From assembly GCA_044221725.1 (NCBI GenBank), contig JBGAON010000004.1:64001-128000 (forward strand): 64,000 nt of DNA. Reading direction: 5' to 3'. This stretch comes from Elusimicrobiota bacterium. Lineage in GTDB: Bacteria; Elusimicrobiota; Elusimicrobia; F11. Shown here piece after piece: positions 15,459 to 25,193 of this stretch. The position numbers and the translations under genes were made by a program. How positions within the stretch are numbered: the first letter of the stretch is position 1; the number at the start of each line of letters is the position of its first letter. The notes below the pieces were generated by a model, which saw only the letters and a list, made by a program, of their open reading frames with translations, was not told where the DNA came from and made no database searches.

Positions 15459-16948
15459 AGCGCCGGTGGATTTTATTTTTTGTTTTGTGCGCGCTCGCTC
15501 TCTACGGTAAATCCCTTCGCTACGAATTTGTTTACGACGATCATTGGCGAATTGAGAACAATCTCGCCATTCGAACACTGGCAAATCCCGGACGCTTTTT
15601 TACCGATCGAACCACCCAGTCCAGCTCCCCGGCGCTTCACCGCGACAGCCATCGTCCGTTAACCATTCTTTCGTTCGCTTTTGACTACGCGGTTTGGCGT
15701 TTGCGCGCCGGCGGGTACCGGCTAACCAATATCGTGCTGCATGGAATTAATTCTTACCTGGTCGCCCAGGTGGCCATCCAGCTGTTCGGACTTTCATTGC
15801 TGGGCGCGATTTTTGCGGGACTTTTGTTTCTTGTGCATCCGATCAACATTGAATCGGTTGCGTGGATCGTAGAGCGAACCAATGTTCTCGGTTTCTTTTT
15901 CGCGTGGATGGGAATTCTTGCCGCTATTCGATTTCTTGATCGCGGGAAAGAACGTTGGGCCTGGCTCATGCACGCGAGTCTTGTCGCAAGTTTGCTGTCC
16001 CGCGAGATTGCTGTCGTTCTGCCCGTACTTTTTTTGTTGATCGGCTTCTATTGGAAAACACGCACACAGCGCTGTTGGCCGAGCACAATTTATGTTCACG
16101 GCGCGTTGTTGGTGGGCGAGGTGATCGCGTTTTTGGCCTTCCGCTCGCATGTGATCGGACAAATCAAGATTTCCGAGATGTGGGGAGGCACGTGGTCCTT
16201 GAACATGGCCAACGTCGTGGCCATTTGGCCGCTTTATTTGCGGTCGCTCGTTTTTCCACATCCGCTGTGTGTCACGTACGGATGGTTGCCGGTGGCTGAG
16301 CGTTGGCTTTCTCTGCGCGTGGTGCTGGGGGTTGGCTTTCTTGTCGCGACAATGAGCGCGGCAATTTTTTACGCACGAAAAGACGCGCGCATTACCGTGT
16401 GTTTGATCGCCGTAGGACTATTTTGGCTTCCCGGGTCCAACATGATTCCGCTCACCACGTTGTTCGGTGAGCGGCTTCTTTATCCGGTTGTGCCGTGGGC
16501 GGCAACCATTGTGGCGTTCGCGCTGGAGATGCGCGGAACCGCTCGCTCGGCTGTCGCATTCGCACTGGTCGTGCTGCTCGCGTCGGTGACATGGCTTGAA
16601 CTGCCAACCTGGCAAAACGATTACACATTGTGGCGACACGCGGTGCACGTACGCCCCCAAAGTTGGTTTGCTTGGGCGTGCCTTGGCGATCAGCAGCGGC
16701 GCCGACTCGAGTACGTAGAAGCTAAAGAATCGTTTGAGCGGGCGTTGCATTTCCAGGTGCCTGTGGATTCTGCCGGTGCGATATTTTTTCAATTGGCGGA
16801 GACCCATTTGGATCTAAACGACCGTAAATCCGCGGACGTGATGGCGGCGCGCGCGTTACTGTTGCGCCCCGATCTGCGGGACAATTGGCAAAACGCGTTG
16901 CGCCGACGTCATTTGGTAACATCCTCGACGAGCCATGACCGCGCTTAA
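15455..16948 (+). CDS. TMTC-like membrane (GT-C) glycosyltransferase with C-terminal TPR
   Basis: FVYDD loop, HRPLT, HPINIESVAW, ERLLY, W.ND.TLW, TPR-like tail. Confidence 0.7.
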   Translation: MKRRWILFFVLCALALYGKSLRYEFVYDDHWRIENNLAIRTLANPGRFFTDRTTQSSSPALHRDSHRPLTILSFAFDYAVWRLRAGGYRLTNIVLHGINSYLVAQVAIQLFGLSLLGAIFAGLLFLVHPINIESVAWIVERTNVLGFFFAWMGILAAIRFLDRGKERWAWLMHASLVASLLSREIAVVLPVLFLLIGFYWKTRTQRCWPSTIYVHGALLVGEVIAFLAFRSHVIGQIKISEMWGGTWSLNMANVVAIWPLYLRSLVFPHPLCVTYGWLPVAERWLSLRVVLGVGFLVATMSAAIFYARKDARITVCLIAVGLFWLPGSNMIPLTTLFGERLLYPVVPWAATIVAFALEMRGTARSAVAFALVVLLASVTWLELPTWQNDYTLWRHAVHVRPQSWFAWACLGDQQRRRLEYVEAKESFERALHFQVPVDSAGAIFFQLAETHLDLNDRKSADVMAARALLLRPDLRDNWQNALRRRHLVTSSTSHDRA

Positions 16949-17636
16949 GCTTTTTCTGTTTGATTTGGATGGCACGCTCGTGTCGACGGGCGGCGCCGGT
17001 ATGCGGGCCCTTGGCCACGCGTTCAAACATCTGTACAACGCCCCCGACGCGCACAAGCGCGTTAATCCCAGCGGTAAAACGGATCCCGCCATTTTTCGCG
17101 AAATTGTCCGCGCTTTGCTCGACCGCGACGCGCTTCCGGATGAATTAACTCAAATTGCAGAGGTGTACTTGCATCATTTGGAAATCGAAATGAAAACGTC
17201 CAACACACGGTCGCTGAGAGGTGTCGAGGATTTTGTGAAAACGGTTCTCGGTCGATCAAATATTTTGGCGGGCCTGGGCACCGGGAATCTTGAAAGAGGC
17301 GCGCGGCTTAAACTGGCGCCCACCGCGCTGCACAATGTCTTCGGGTTTGGTGGATTTGGTTCCGATGCGGAAGACCGCGCGGAAGTGTTGAAATTTGGTC
17401 ATCGTCGTGCGGTTCAAAACGCAGGCCGTGACATTGCAGCCGAAGCGGTGTTCATTATTGGTGACACGCTGCTGGATGTGGCGGCAGCCAAACGCGCTGG
17501 ATTTCGATCCGTGGCTGTGGCGTCGGGCATTGTAAGTTTTGATGAGCTTAAAGCGGGTGCGCCCGACTTTCTGTTGCGCGATCTCACCGAAGGTCGTGAA
17601 CTGCTCGAAGCGTTGGTTGACGGTGCGCGGCCATGA
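16935..17636 (+). CDS. HAD-family hydrolase (phosphoglycolate-phosphatase-like)
   Basis: LFDLDGTL, TGN, IGDTLLDV. Confidence 0.88.
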   Translation: MTALKLFLFDLDGTLVSTGGAGMRALGHAFKHLYNAPDAHKRVNPSGKTDPAIFREIVRALLDRDALPDELTQIAEVYLHHLEIEMKTSNTRSLRGVEDFVKTVLGRSNILAGLGTGNLERGARLKLAPTALHNVFGFGGFGSDAEDRAEVLKFGHRRAVQNAGRDIAAEAVFIIGDTLLDVAAAKRAGFRSVAVASGIVSFDELKAGAPDFLLRDLTEGRELLEALVDGARP

Positions 17637-19954
17637 GCAAGCTAAATGAGTTCCTTTTGAACACGGGGCGCACGCTGGCACAGATGGCGCTTTATTCACC
17701 CGATCATCCGACCGTCAAAGGCGCGGTCGATGAATCCCACCGCATGCTCACCGAAATGTTGACCGACTCCTCTGAGCTTGTGATCGCGATGGACGGCGCC
17801 AAACTGATTGTAAATGGAAAAAACCCCACGGGCGCACCCGACGCGGCCGTCCGTCCGTTCCTGCAGCTGCTCAAGACGCACAACCTTCACTCGCTCACGT
17901 TTATTCGCGGTACCCCTCTCACGGAAATTGTTGCTTTCTTTCGTTTGGCGTCCGCGAACGATATGCGCAAAGCGAATTTGAAAGCGGCCGATTTCTTTGC
18001 CGCACAAAATGTCACCTACATCAAATTGAACGAAGCGCGTTACGAAAAAGTGGGCGAAGATGAAACGATCGGCCGAAAAGACGCGGAGGAGCTCAACAAT
18101 GGTGCCGGGTCTACGCGTGGCGCATTTGAAAACCTTTCGCTAAACGATTTGTTGAAAAAATTGATCGGCAAAGCGGTCACGGATCCAACCGACCGCGAAC
18201 ATATTTTTAACCGCGCATTGGAACTGGTGAAAAATCAAATTGATACGGCGATTGAGAAGGTCGTTGTGGAATTTAACCGAGAGAAAACGCGGCTCACAAA
18301 CGAGCAGGTGCGCACCGAAAATGTGATCGGCGAGATGGCGGAAGGCGTGGTGGTCGTGGACGATAGCGGCAAAGTGCTTATGATGAACGGCGCCGCCGAA
18401 GAAATTTACGGTGTGAAACTCGGTGAAAGTCTCGGCAAGCCGCTGTGGGAAGGCGTTCGAGAAGAACAGATGATCGCGTTAGCCAAAGATCTCACGATTC
18501 CGACCGATCGACCGCTGACCAAAGAAGTCCAGATTCTAGGTTCGCAACAGGCGAAAAAAACGTTACGCGCGAGCGCCGCTGCCGTTCAAGACACCAACGG
18601 ACGGCTCGTCGGTATGGTGTCCGTGTTGTCCGATGTGACGAAACAAAAAGAACTCACGCGCATGCAGAACGATTTTATGGCGAACGTCACGCATGATCTG
18701 CGCGCCCCGGTGCACGCGCTGAAACTTTCGGTCAACGCAATTCTCGAAGGTTCGGCGGGGCCTGTGACCGGTGAACAAGAAAAAATGCTGTCACTGGCCA
18801 CAAAGAACGTGGATCGCCTCGCCCGGCTCATCGACGATTTGTTGGACTTTTCAAAGCTGGAATCCGGAAAGGTAGAAATTCGGCCACAGGTCACGGAGCT
18901 CGTGCCGCTTTTGAAAGAGGCCGTCGCCAGTATGGAAACGTGGTCAAAAGCGCGCGGCATCATGGTCTCGTTTCAAGAGTTCGATAATGTGCTGCCGGTG
19001 TTTGCGGACGCGGACCGTATTCTTCAAGTTGTGAACAATCTTATTTCCAACGCGATCAAATTTACGCCGGCCGGGGGGCGCATCGTTGTTCGCGCGAAAC
19101 GCTTTGAAGAACCCGGGAAAAACACGGTTGTCGTTGAAGTTGAAGACAACGGTAATGGGATTTCGAAAGAAGATCAAAGGCGAATCTTCGATCGTTTCGT
19201 GCAGCTTAAGCCAAACGAAAAACTCGATATTCGCGGCACGGGACTCGGCCTCAGCATCTGCCAGGCGTTGATCGATTTGCACAAAGGAAAACTGTGGGTG
19301 CAGAGCCCGCCGCCAGCAAGTCCCAAAGGAACGTTGTTCTCGTTCTCCTTGCCGGCCGTGCAACGTTCGGCGGCGACGTTGCTTCAGGCTCCGGTCGAGC
19401 ACGAAAAAATGGCGACGTCCACCAAGCCGCAAAAAGAAAGTTTTTGGAAGAAATTCTTTCGACGCTTTTCTGTCATTTTGATTCTTACGGGCTTCCTTGC
19501 ACCGGTTTATGCGCGGCCCTATTGGGGGACGGTTCGGCGGGTGCTCGATGCAAACTTGATCCAATTGACCGATGGAACGCGCGTTCGTTATCTGGGCATC
19601 ATTGTGCCAGAGAAAGGGCGTGGTAGCTCGGCCGAAGCTATGGCCGCGAACCGTAACTGGGTCGAGAACAAAGAGGTTCGGTTCGAATACGGTCTCCAGG
19701 AACGGGACACCGACGGCGTTTGGCTTGCGTACGTGTTTGCTGACGGCGTGTTCGTGAACGAAGAGCTGGTGAAGCAAGGCCTGGCGCTTGTTTCGGCGTT
19801 GCCGAACGAAGAAAGCTATCTGCGTGACTTGATCGCGGCCGAAAAAGAAGCGCACGATCATCGGCGTGGGCAATGGCAAGATACGGCGCTCGAAACGTAC
19901 CCGGTGCGGATCCGTCGCTCGCAGCCGGACAAGATCCGAGCAGGGGATCAATGA
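17633..19954 (+). CDS. PAS sensor histidine kinase fused to a hydrophobic segment and a thermonuclease-like domain
   Basis: PAS (EGVVVVD...N.AAEEIYG), H-box VTHDLRAP, N-box NLISNAIKFT, DNGNGI, GTGLGL; then FSVILILTGFLAPVYA and an SNase-like tail. Confidence 0.85.
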   Translation: MSKLNEFLLNTGRTLAQMALYSPDHPTVKGAVDESHRMLTEMLTDSSELVIAMDGAKLIVNGKNPTGAPDAAVRPFLQLLKTHNLHSLTFIRGTPLTEIVAFFRLASANDMRKANLKAADFFAAQNVTYIKLNEARYEKVGEDETIGRKDAEELNNGAGSTRGAFENLSLNDLLKKLIGKAVTDPTDREHIFNRALELVKNQIDTAIEKVVVEFNREKTRLTNEQVRTENVIGEMAEGVVVVDDSGKVLMMNGAAEEIYGVKLGESLGKPLWEGVREEQMIALAKDLTIPTDRPLTKEVQILGSQQAKKTLRASAAAVQDTNGRLVGMVSVLSDVTKQKELTRMQNDFMANVTHDLRAPVHALKLSVNAILEGSAGPVTGEQEKMLSLATKNVDRLARLIDDLLDFSKLESGKVEIRPQVTELVPLLKEAVASMETWSKARGIMVSFQEFDNVLPVFADADRILQVVNNLISNAIKFTPAGGRIVVRAKRFEEPGKNTVVVEVEDNGNGISKEDQRRIFDRFVQLKPNEKLDIRGTGLGLSICQALIDLHKGKLWVQSPPPASPKGTLFSFSLPAVQRSAATLLQAPVEHEKMATSTKPQKESFWKKFFRRFSVILILTGFLAPVYARPYWGTVRRVLDANLIQLTDGTRVRYLGIIVPEKGRGSSAEAMAANRNWVENKEVRFEYGLQERDTDGVWLAYVFADGVFVNEELVKQGLALVSALPNEESYLRDLIAAEKEAHDHRRGQWQDTALETYPVRIRRSQPDKIRAGDQ

Positions 19955-20838
19955 TCTCCGAACTTGCTGATCGCGCGGTTTGGTCACGTTCGCAGGTCGG
20001 GGCGCTCGCCGAATGTCCTCGCAAGTTCGCACTCAATTTGAAATCCGCGCGCGACGCGCAAATCGATCCGGTGTACACGCGTGCCGCGAAGCTTAAGAAG
20101 ATGAAAAACCGTCATTTGTGGGCAGCTTCCCTGGTTCATGATGCGGTTGGATCGCTGCTCAAGTCGCTTCGTCAGGGGAGCCCGTTGCCGGAAGCGGAAC
20201 CTTTTATCAACGATCTCAAAACCAAAATGCGGGATGAGTTTAAAGCATCGCGGGGCGGCGCAAACGAAGTGCAACGCTTGTTTGAGCACGAGCACAACAT
20301 CGCGGTGGCGCCCGACGTGTGGCGCGGGCATTGGAACACGGTGGAATCAAGCGTGCGTTGGTTTTATCAATCGAAATGGCTGACGCGTCTTTCGACGCTT
20401 GGGCCGGAGTGCTGGAAAGCCGTGGACGAATTGCTCGAGTTCGATGTGGCCGGCATCAAATCGTACGCGAAGATCGATTGCGCCGTGGAATCGGATGGAA
20501 AATTTTTCCTCATCGATTGGAAAACGTCGAATCCAACCGCAGACGCTGAACCATCATTGCTTGTGAGCGCGCTCTACGCGCACGAAGTATGGGGCGCGGA
20601 ACCCGATCAAATCAACGCTCTGGCCGTTTCGCTTGTGTCGGGCCAAACGTTTCACGCCGACGTGAACGAAGATTCGCTGATGAACACGCATCTGCGCATT
20701 GAAGAAGAGTCGGCCGCGCTTGAGCAAGCCAAAGCGAAATTCTCTGCGGATCCGTTCACGGCGGAAAAAATTTCGGACATAAATAAATGTCGCCGCTGCT
20801 CGTACCAAAAGCTGTGTTACCCCGAGGGTGTGCGATGA
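19951..20838 (+). CDS. PD-(D/E)XK nuclease (AddB/RecB-like, probable Fe-S cluster)
   Basis: CPRKF, KID...LIDWKT, CRRCSYQKLC. ATG 19951 overlaps upstream TGA. Confidence 0.82.
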   Translation: MISELADRAVWSRSQVGALAECPRKFALNLKSARDAQIDPVYTRAAKLKKMKNRHLWAASLVHDAVGSLLKSLRQGSPLPEAEPFINDLKTKMRDEFKASRGGANEVQRLFEHEHNIAVAPDVWRGHWNTVESSVRWFYQSKWLTRLSTLGPECWKAVDELLEFDVAGIKSYAKIDCAVESDGKFFLIDWKTSNPTADAEPSLLVSALYAHEVWGAEPDQINALAVSLVSGQTFHADVNEDSLMNTHLRIEEESAALEQAKAKFSADPFTAEKISDINKCRRCSYQKLCYPEGVR

Positions 20839-21491
20839 TGCCCGTGGGTTCGGTTGCGGCCGTGACGTCCGATGTGTTGCGCGCAACAACGTACGAAGAA
20901 TTTAAAACCAAGCTCATCGCGTCCAACTGTTCAAAGTGCCCGGAACTCTGTCAGAGCCGACACAATATCGTCGTGGACCGCGGAAATCCGCAAACGAAGG
21001 TTTTGGTCATCGGAGAGGCGCCCGGAGAAAATGAAGATTTGCAAGGTCGCGCGTTCGTGGGCCGCGCCGGTCAGTTGCTCGACAAAATTATGGCGTCCAT
21101 AGATTTGGATACAAACAACGACATGTTGATCGTAAACGTCGTAAAATGTCGGCCTCCGGAAAATCGCGCACCGAAGCCGGTGGAGGCCGACAATTGCAGA
21201 GCCTATCTGAAGTGGCAAATCGATTTTGTAAAGCCCGAGGTGGTGGTGCTCTTGGGCGCAACGGCCGCCAAACACTTGATGCCGGAGCAAAAAGGCCAAG
21301 GCATGAAAGAACGCGTTGGGCAATTGTTCGATCTTTCGACGTATCCCAACACCAAATTTTTATTGTTGTACCACCCGGCTTATTTGCTGAGAGATCCGCG
21401 AAAGAAACCCGAGATGTGGGAACATGTAAAAAAGCTCAAAGCGTATCTTGAGTCGAGAAAGGTAGCAGCCTTAGGAGGCTCCTCATCATGA
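20835..21491 (+). CDS. Family-4 uracil-DNA glycosylase
   Basis: CSKCPELC, GEAPGENED...FVGRAG, NVVKCRPPENR, YHPAYLLR; start approximate. Confidence 0.92.
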   Translation: MMPVGSVAAVTSDVLRATTYEEFKTKLIASNCSKCPELCQSRHNIVVDRGNPQTKVLVIGEAPGENEDLQGRAFVGRAGQLLDKIMASIDLDTNNDMLIVNVVKCRPPENRAPKPVEADNCRAYLKWQIDFVKPEVVVLLGATAAKHLMPEQKGQGMKERVGQLFDLSTYPNTKFLLLYHPAYLLRDPRKKPEMWEHVKKLKAYLESRKVAALGGSSS

Positions 21492-22000
21492 AAGCGCTAA
21501 CCGTCGATTGCGAACTTATTGCCCAGTCCATGCGCGACCTCTGTCGCGAATCCAACGAATACTTTTTCGACAAGAGCACGGGACGCGTTATCACGTTATC
21601 ACGGGGCCTCATGCGGGCGCTGGCCGATCGAAGCAACGATATTCAAGAAATTGTTCCGACATGGGAATCGCCGATGATTCCCATCGCGCGCGAGATTATA
21701 GTGCTGGGAAAAGTCGATTACGTTCGAATTCCGGAAGCGTTTGGTCGGCCCGAGCACCGCTGGATGCTGGAATTCTCGGGAACGGTTCGCGGGCAAAAAC
21801 TGAAACAGAAACTGATGTTGTCATTAAAAGGCCGCGAATCGTGCCAACGGTTCAAGGAGATTTTGAAGTCGCACACCGAAGAACAAAACCGGTGGTTCGT
21901 TTTTCGACAAGGAAAATGGGCCGAAGCCGTTCAGAAATGGCTCGAAGGCCACCGCATCCTCGCCATCGTTACGAAAACCATTAAACGCGCCGCTGCCTGA
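21488..22000 (+). CDS. UPF0158 family protein
   Basis: YFFDKSTG.VI, YVRIP, M.EF, F.RFK-like, W..F...W pattern; GGAGG RBS. Confidence 0.7.
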   Translation: MKALTVDCELIAQSMRDLCRESNEYFFDKSTGRVITLSRGLMRALADRSNDIQEIVPTWESPMIPIAREIIVLGKVDYVRIPEAFGRPEHRWMLEFSGTVRGQKLKQKLMLSLKGRESCQRFKEILKSHTEEQNRWFVFRQGKWAEAVQKWLEGHRILAIVTKTIKRAAA

Positions 22001-23022
22001 AAATACTCGTTAGTCCCACCGCGTTCAAAGGAACGTTCACGCCCACCGAAGCCGCGAAAATCATCGCGCGCGCCGCGCGCCGCCGCTTTCCACGATCCGA
22101 AATTAAAATTTTACCGCTGGCGGACGGCGGTGACGGAACACTCGATGTGCTAGCCACCGCGCTCGGGGGAAAAGAAATTCGCACAACGGTCGAAGGCCCG
22201 CTCGGAAAAAAAGTGCGCGCCGCGTGGTCTGTTCTTGGCGATGGTCGAACGGCCGTGATCGAAATGGCGCGGGCCTCCGGCTTAGCGCTCGTGCACGGAA
22301 AAAACAAAATTATGGAAGCCACAAGCATCGGTACGGGCCAGTTGATTCAAGCAGCGCTCGCGAAAGGATGTCGGACCATTTATATTGGCGTTGGAGGAAC
22401 CGCGTGTTCCGATGGGGGGGCCGGTGCACTTGCTGCGTTGGGGTTCAGATATTTCGACAACCGCGGCACCGAACTCAGCGCGAATCCAAAAGAGTTGTTG
22501 CGGCTCGCCCGCATCGACCGAAAACATCTGGACGCGCGTTTAAAGCGCGCGCGGATTCATGTGTTATGCGACGTAACGAATCCGCTGCTCGGACCCCGGG
22601 GTTCCGCACGCACATACGGTCCTCAGAAAGGGGCGACGCCGGTTCAAGTTCGTTTGCTCGAGAAAATGTTGCGCCGCTGGTCAACGTTCGCGCGGCCGCG
22701 GTTAAAAAACAAGCCCGGTGTCGGAGCGGCGGGCGCGCTTGCGTTCGGATTGGTGGCGTTTGCAAATGCGACGCTTGTCGCGGGAACTCCTTTCGTGATG
22801 AAAAGGCTAAACTGGGCTCGAGCAGCGCGGGGCGCCGATATCATTTTCACCGGCGAAGGCCGGCTGGACAAGACCAGTTTGCAAGGGAAAGTGGCCGGTG
22901 AGATTTTGAAACGGCGCGGAAAATCGAAAGTTGTCGTCGTTTGTGGATCGAATCTTTTAACGCGCCGTCAAACAAAAGCCGCCGGTATCGATCAGTGTTT
23001 CACACTAAAGGAGTTTTTATGA
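21997..23022 (+). CDS. Glycerate kinase (class I), CTG start
   Basis: KILVSPTAFKGT...PLADGGDGT, IEMARASGL, GVGGTACSDGG, CDVTNPLLG, YGPQKGA, TGEGRLD. Confidence 0.88.
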   Translation: MKILVSPTAFKGTFTPTEAAKIIARAARRRFPRSEIKILPLADGGDGTLDVLATALGGKEIRTTVEGPLGKKVRAAWSVLGDGRTAVIEMARASGLALVHGKNKIMEATSIGTGQLIQAALAKGCRTIYIGVGGTACSDGGAGALAALGFRYFDNRGTELSANPKELLRLARIDRKHLDARLKRARIHVLCDVTNPLLGPRGSARTYGPQKGATPVQVRLLEKMLRRWSTFARPRLKNKPGVGAAGALAFGLVAFANATLVAGTPFVMKRLNWARAARGADIIFTGEGRLDKTSLQGKVAGEILKRRGKSKVVVVCGSNLLTRRQTKAAGIDQCFTLKEFL

Positions 23023-25193
23023 CAGTGCAGCCGTCCGCAGTAGCTCCCACTCAAGATTTGACACGCGTGTTATCGCCGCGGTCGGTCGCTGTGATTGGTG
23101 CTTCTCGAAAAGAAGGTTCGGTCGGAGAAGCGATTTTCAAAAATTTGCTGCGATCCGATTTCCAAGGCGTGCTTTATCCGGTGAACCCGAAGGCCAGTTC
23201 TTTGGGTGGCGTTAAATGTTACGCAAGCCTCTCGGAAATCAAAGAGCCGGTTGATTTGGCCATCCTTATTGTTCCCAACACGGTCGTCCCATCGGTTCTC
23301 GAAGAATGCGCGGCCGCTCATATTCCTGGCGCGGTTGTGGTTAGCGCGGGCTTTAAAGAAATCGGCGGGCGCGGCGTCGAGCTCGAAGAACAGGTAAAGA
23401 AAATTTCCGAGAAGAATGGTATTGCGCTCATCGGCCCCAATTGTCTCGGTTTTATTAACACGGATCCGCGCGTGCGTCTCAATGCCTCGTTCGCACAGAC
23501 GATGCCACGCGCCGGAAATATCGCTTTCATTTCGCAGAGCGGTGCGCTCTGTACAGCGGTGCTCGATTACGCGAAAGGCAAAGATATCGGCTTTTCAAAA
23601 TTCATCAGTATGGGCAACAAAGCCGTCACCAACGAGCTGGATTTTTTGCGCGCGCTGCGCGACGACCCGATGACCGATGTCATTCTCATGTATGTCGAAG
23701 ACATCGCCGACGGCCAAGAATTTATTCGGCTCGCACGCCATATCACCGGCGAAACTCACAAACCGAAACCCATCATTGCGATCAAATCCGGCCGCACCGC
23801 CGAAGGGGCCAAGGCGGCCTCGTCGCACACGGGCTCTCTCGCCGGATCCGATGATATTTACGATGCGGTGTTTTTGCAGTCGGGCGTGTTGCGCGTTGAA
23901 ACCGTCGAAGAACTTTTCGACACCGCGGTCGCTTTTTCGCAACAACCGTTGCCGAAAGGCAACCGCGTCGCAATCGTGACCAACGCCGGCGGGCCTGGCA
24001 TTATGGCGACGGACGCGGCGATCCGACATGGTTTGCAATTGGCAACACTGGAAACGGACACTGTTGAGCAATTGAAAAAGGAACTGCCGCTCACGGCGAA
24101 CGTGCACAATCCGGTGGACGTCATCGGCGACGCACGCCACGAACGTTACGAAGCGGCCATTCGTGCGGTCGCCAAAGATCCGAACGTGGACGGCATCGTC
24201 GTGATTCTCACGCCGCAAGCGATGACGGACGTTCGTGAGATTGGCGAAGTTGTCGCAAACGTGGCCGAGTCGATGAAAGTATCGCCGTGGTTGGCCAAGC
24301 CGCTCCTCGCAAGTTTTATGGGCATTGTGGACGTATCGGTCGGTGTTGCGCTTTTGGAAAAGGCGGGCGTTCCGCATTACACGTTTCCCGAAAGTGCCGT
24401 GCGCGCTCTCGCCCAAATGCACCGGTATCAAAAAGATTGGCTCGATCGCCCGCGAACGGAGGTGCGCACGTACCCGGTGCAAAAAGAGGTGGTTCAGAAA
24501 ATTTTTGAAAAGGTTCGCGCCGAAGGGCGCACCTATTTGCCGGAGATCGAGGCGCTGCAAGTTTTCCAGGCGTACGGTTTTCCAACGCTGAAAAGCAGAT
24601 TGGCCAAGACCGAAGAAGAAGCCATTCAGACCGCGAAAGAGTTTGGATTTCCGGTTGTTCTTAAGATTGCTTCTCCGGCCATCGTTCACAAATTGGACGC
24701 CGGCGGCGTTGTGGTAAACATTCAGGACGCGGCCGAATTGTCGCGCGCGTACCGAAAAATGATTAACACGGCCACGTTGTTGGTGGGCCAAGACAAAATT
24801 TGGGGCGTCGAAGTGCAACAAATGGCCGACAAAGGCATCGAAGTGTTCTTGGGATCGAAACACGATCCAAAGTTTGGTCCGGTCGTCGTGTTCGGGCTCG
24901 GTGGAACGTTTGTTGAGGTGTTCCGTGACGTTTCGTTCCGGATTGCGCCGATGCGCGAATGGACCACGCGAGCGATCATTGAGAAAAGCAAGGCTTACAA
25001 GATTTTGCAGGGTTATCGCGGTCAACCGGCCGACATTGCAAAGGTATCCGAATGTTTGGGGCGGCTTTCGCAACTCGTCGTTGATTTTCCGGAGATCGAA
25101 GAGCTCGACATTAATCCACTCGTCGTTTATCCGCTTGGGAACGGTGCGCGCGTGCTCGATGGTCGGATTGTGTTAAAACCGCAGAACAGTTAG
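23019..25193 (+). CDS. ADP-forming acetate/acyl-CoA ligase, fused alpha-beta
   Basis: PRSVAVIGAS, GPNCLG, SQSGA, SHTGSLAG, TNAGGPG, NPVD, ATP-grasp ELDINP; AAGGAG RBS before ATG 23019. Confidence 0.92.
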   Translation: MTVQPSAVAPTQDLTRVLSPRSVAVIGASRKEGSVGEAIFKNLLRSDFQGVLYPVNPKASSLGGVKCYASLSEIKEPVDLAILIVPNTVVPSVLEECAAAHIPGAVVVSAGFKEIGGRGVELEEQVKKISEKNGIALIGPNCLGFINTDPRVRLNASFAQTMPRAGNIAFISQSGALCTAVLDYAKGKDIGFSKFISMGNKAVTNELDFLRALRDDPMTDVILMYVEDIADGQEFIRLARHITGETHKPKPIIAIKSGRTAEGAKAASSHTGSLAGSDDIYDAVFLQSGVLRVETVEELFDTAVAFSQQPLPKGNRVAIVTNAGGPGIMATDAAIRHGLQLATLETDTVEQLKKELPLTANVHNPVDVIGDARHERYEAAIRAVAKDPNVDGIVVILTPQAMTDVREIGEVVANVAESMKVSPWLAKPLLASFMGIVDVSVGVALLEKAGVPHYTFPESAVRALAQMHRYQKDWLDRPRTEVRTYPVQKEVVQKIFEKVRAEGRTYLPEIEALQVFQAYGFPTLKSRLAKTEEEAIQTAKEFGFPVVLKIASPAIVHKLDAGGVVVNIQDAAELSRAYRKMINTATLLVGQDKIWGVEVQQMADKGIEVFLGSKHDPKFGPVVVFGLGGTFVEVFRDVSFRIAPMREWTTRAIIEKSKAYKILQGYRGQPADIAKVSECLGRLSQLVVDFPEIEELDINPLVVYPLGNGARVLDGRIVLKPQNS

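Noticed and set aside
19951..20838. Cas4 / CRISPR adaptation gene
   Set aside because: The Cys and PD-(D/E)XK pattern is shared with stand-alone AddB-like nucleases; no cas1, cas2 or array nearby
23595..25073. Long antisense ORFs (also 18944-20032, 3763-4647, 50528-51397, 51475-52338)
   Set aside because: Shadow frames opposite well-supported conserved genes
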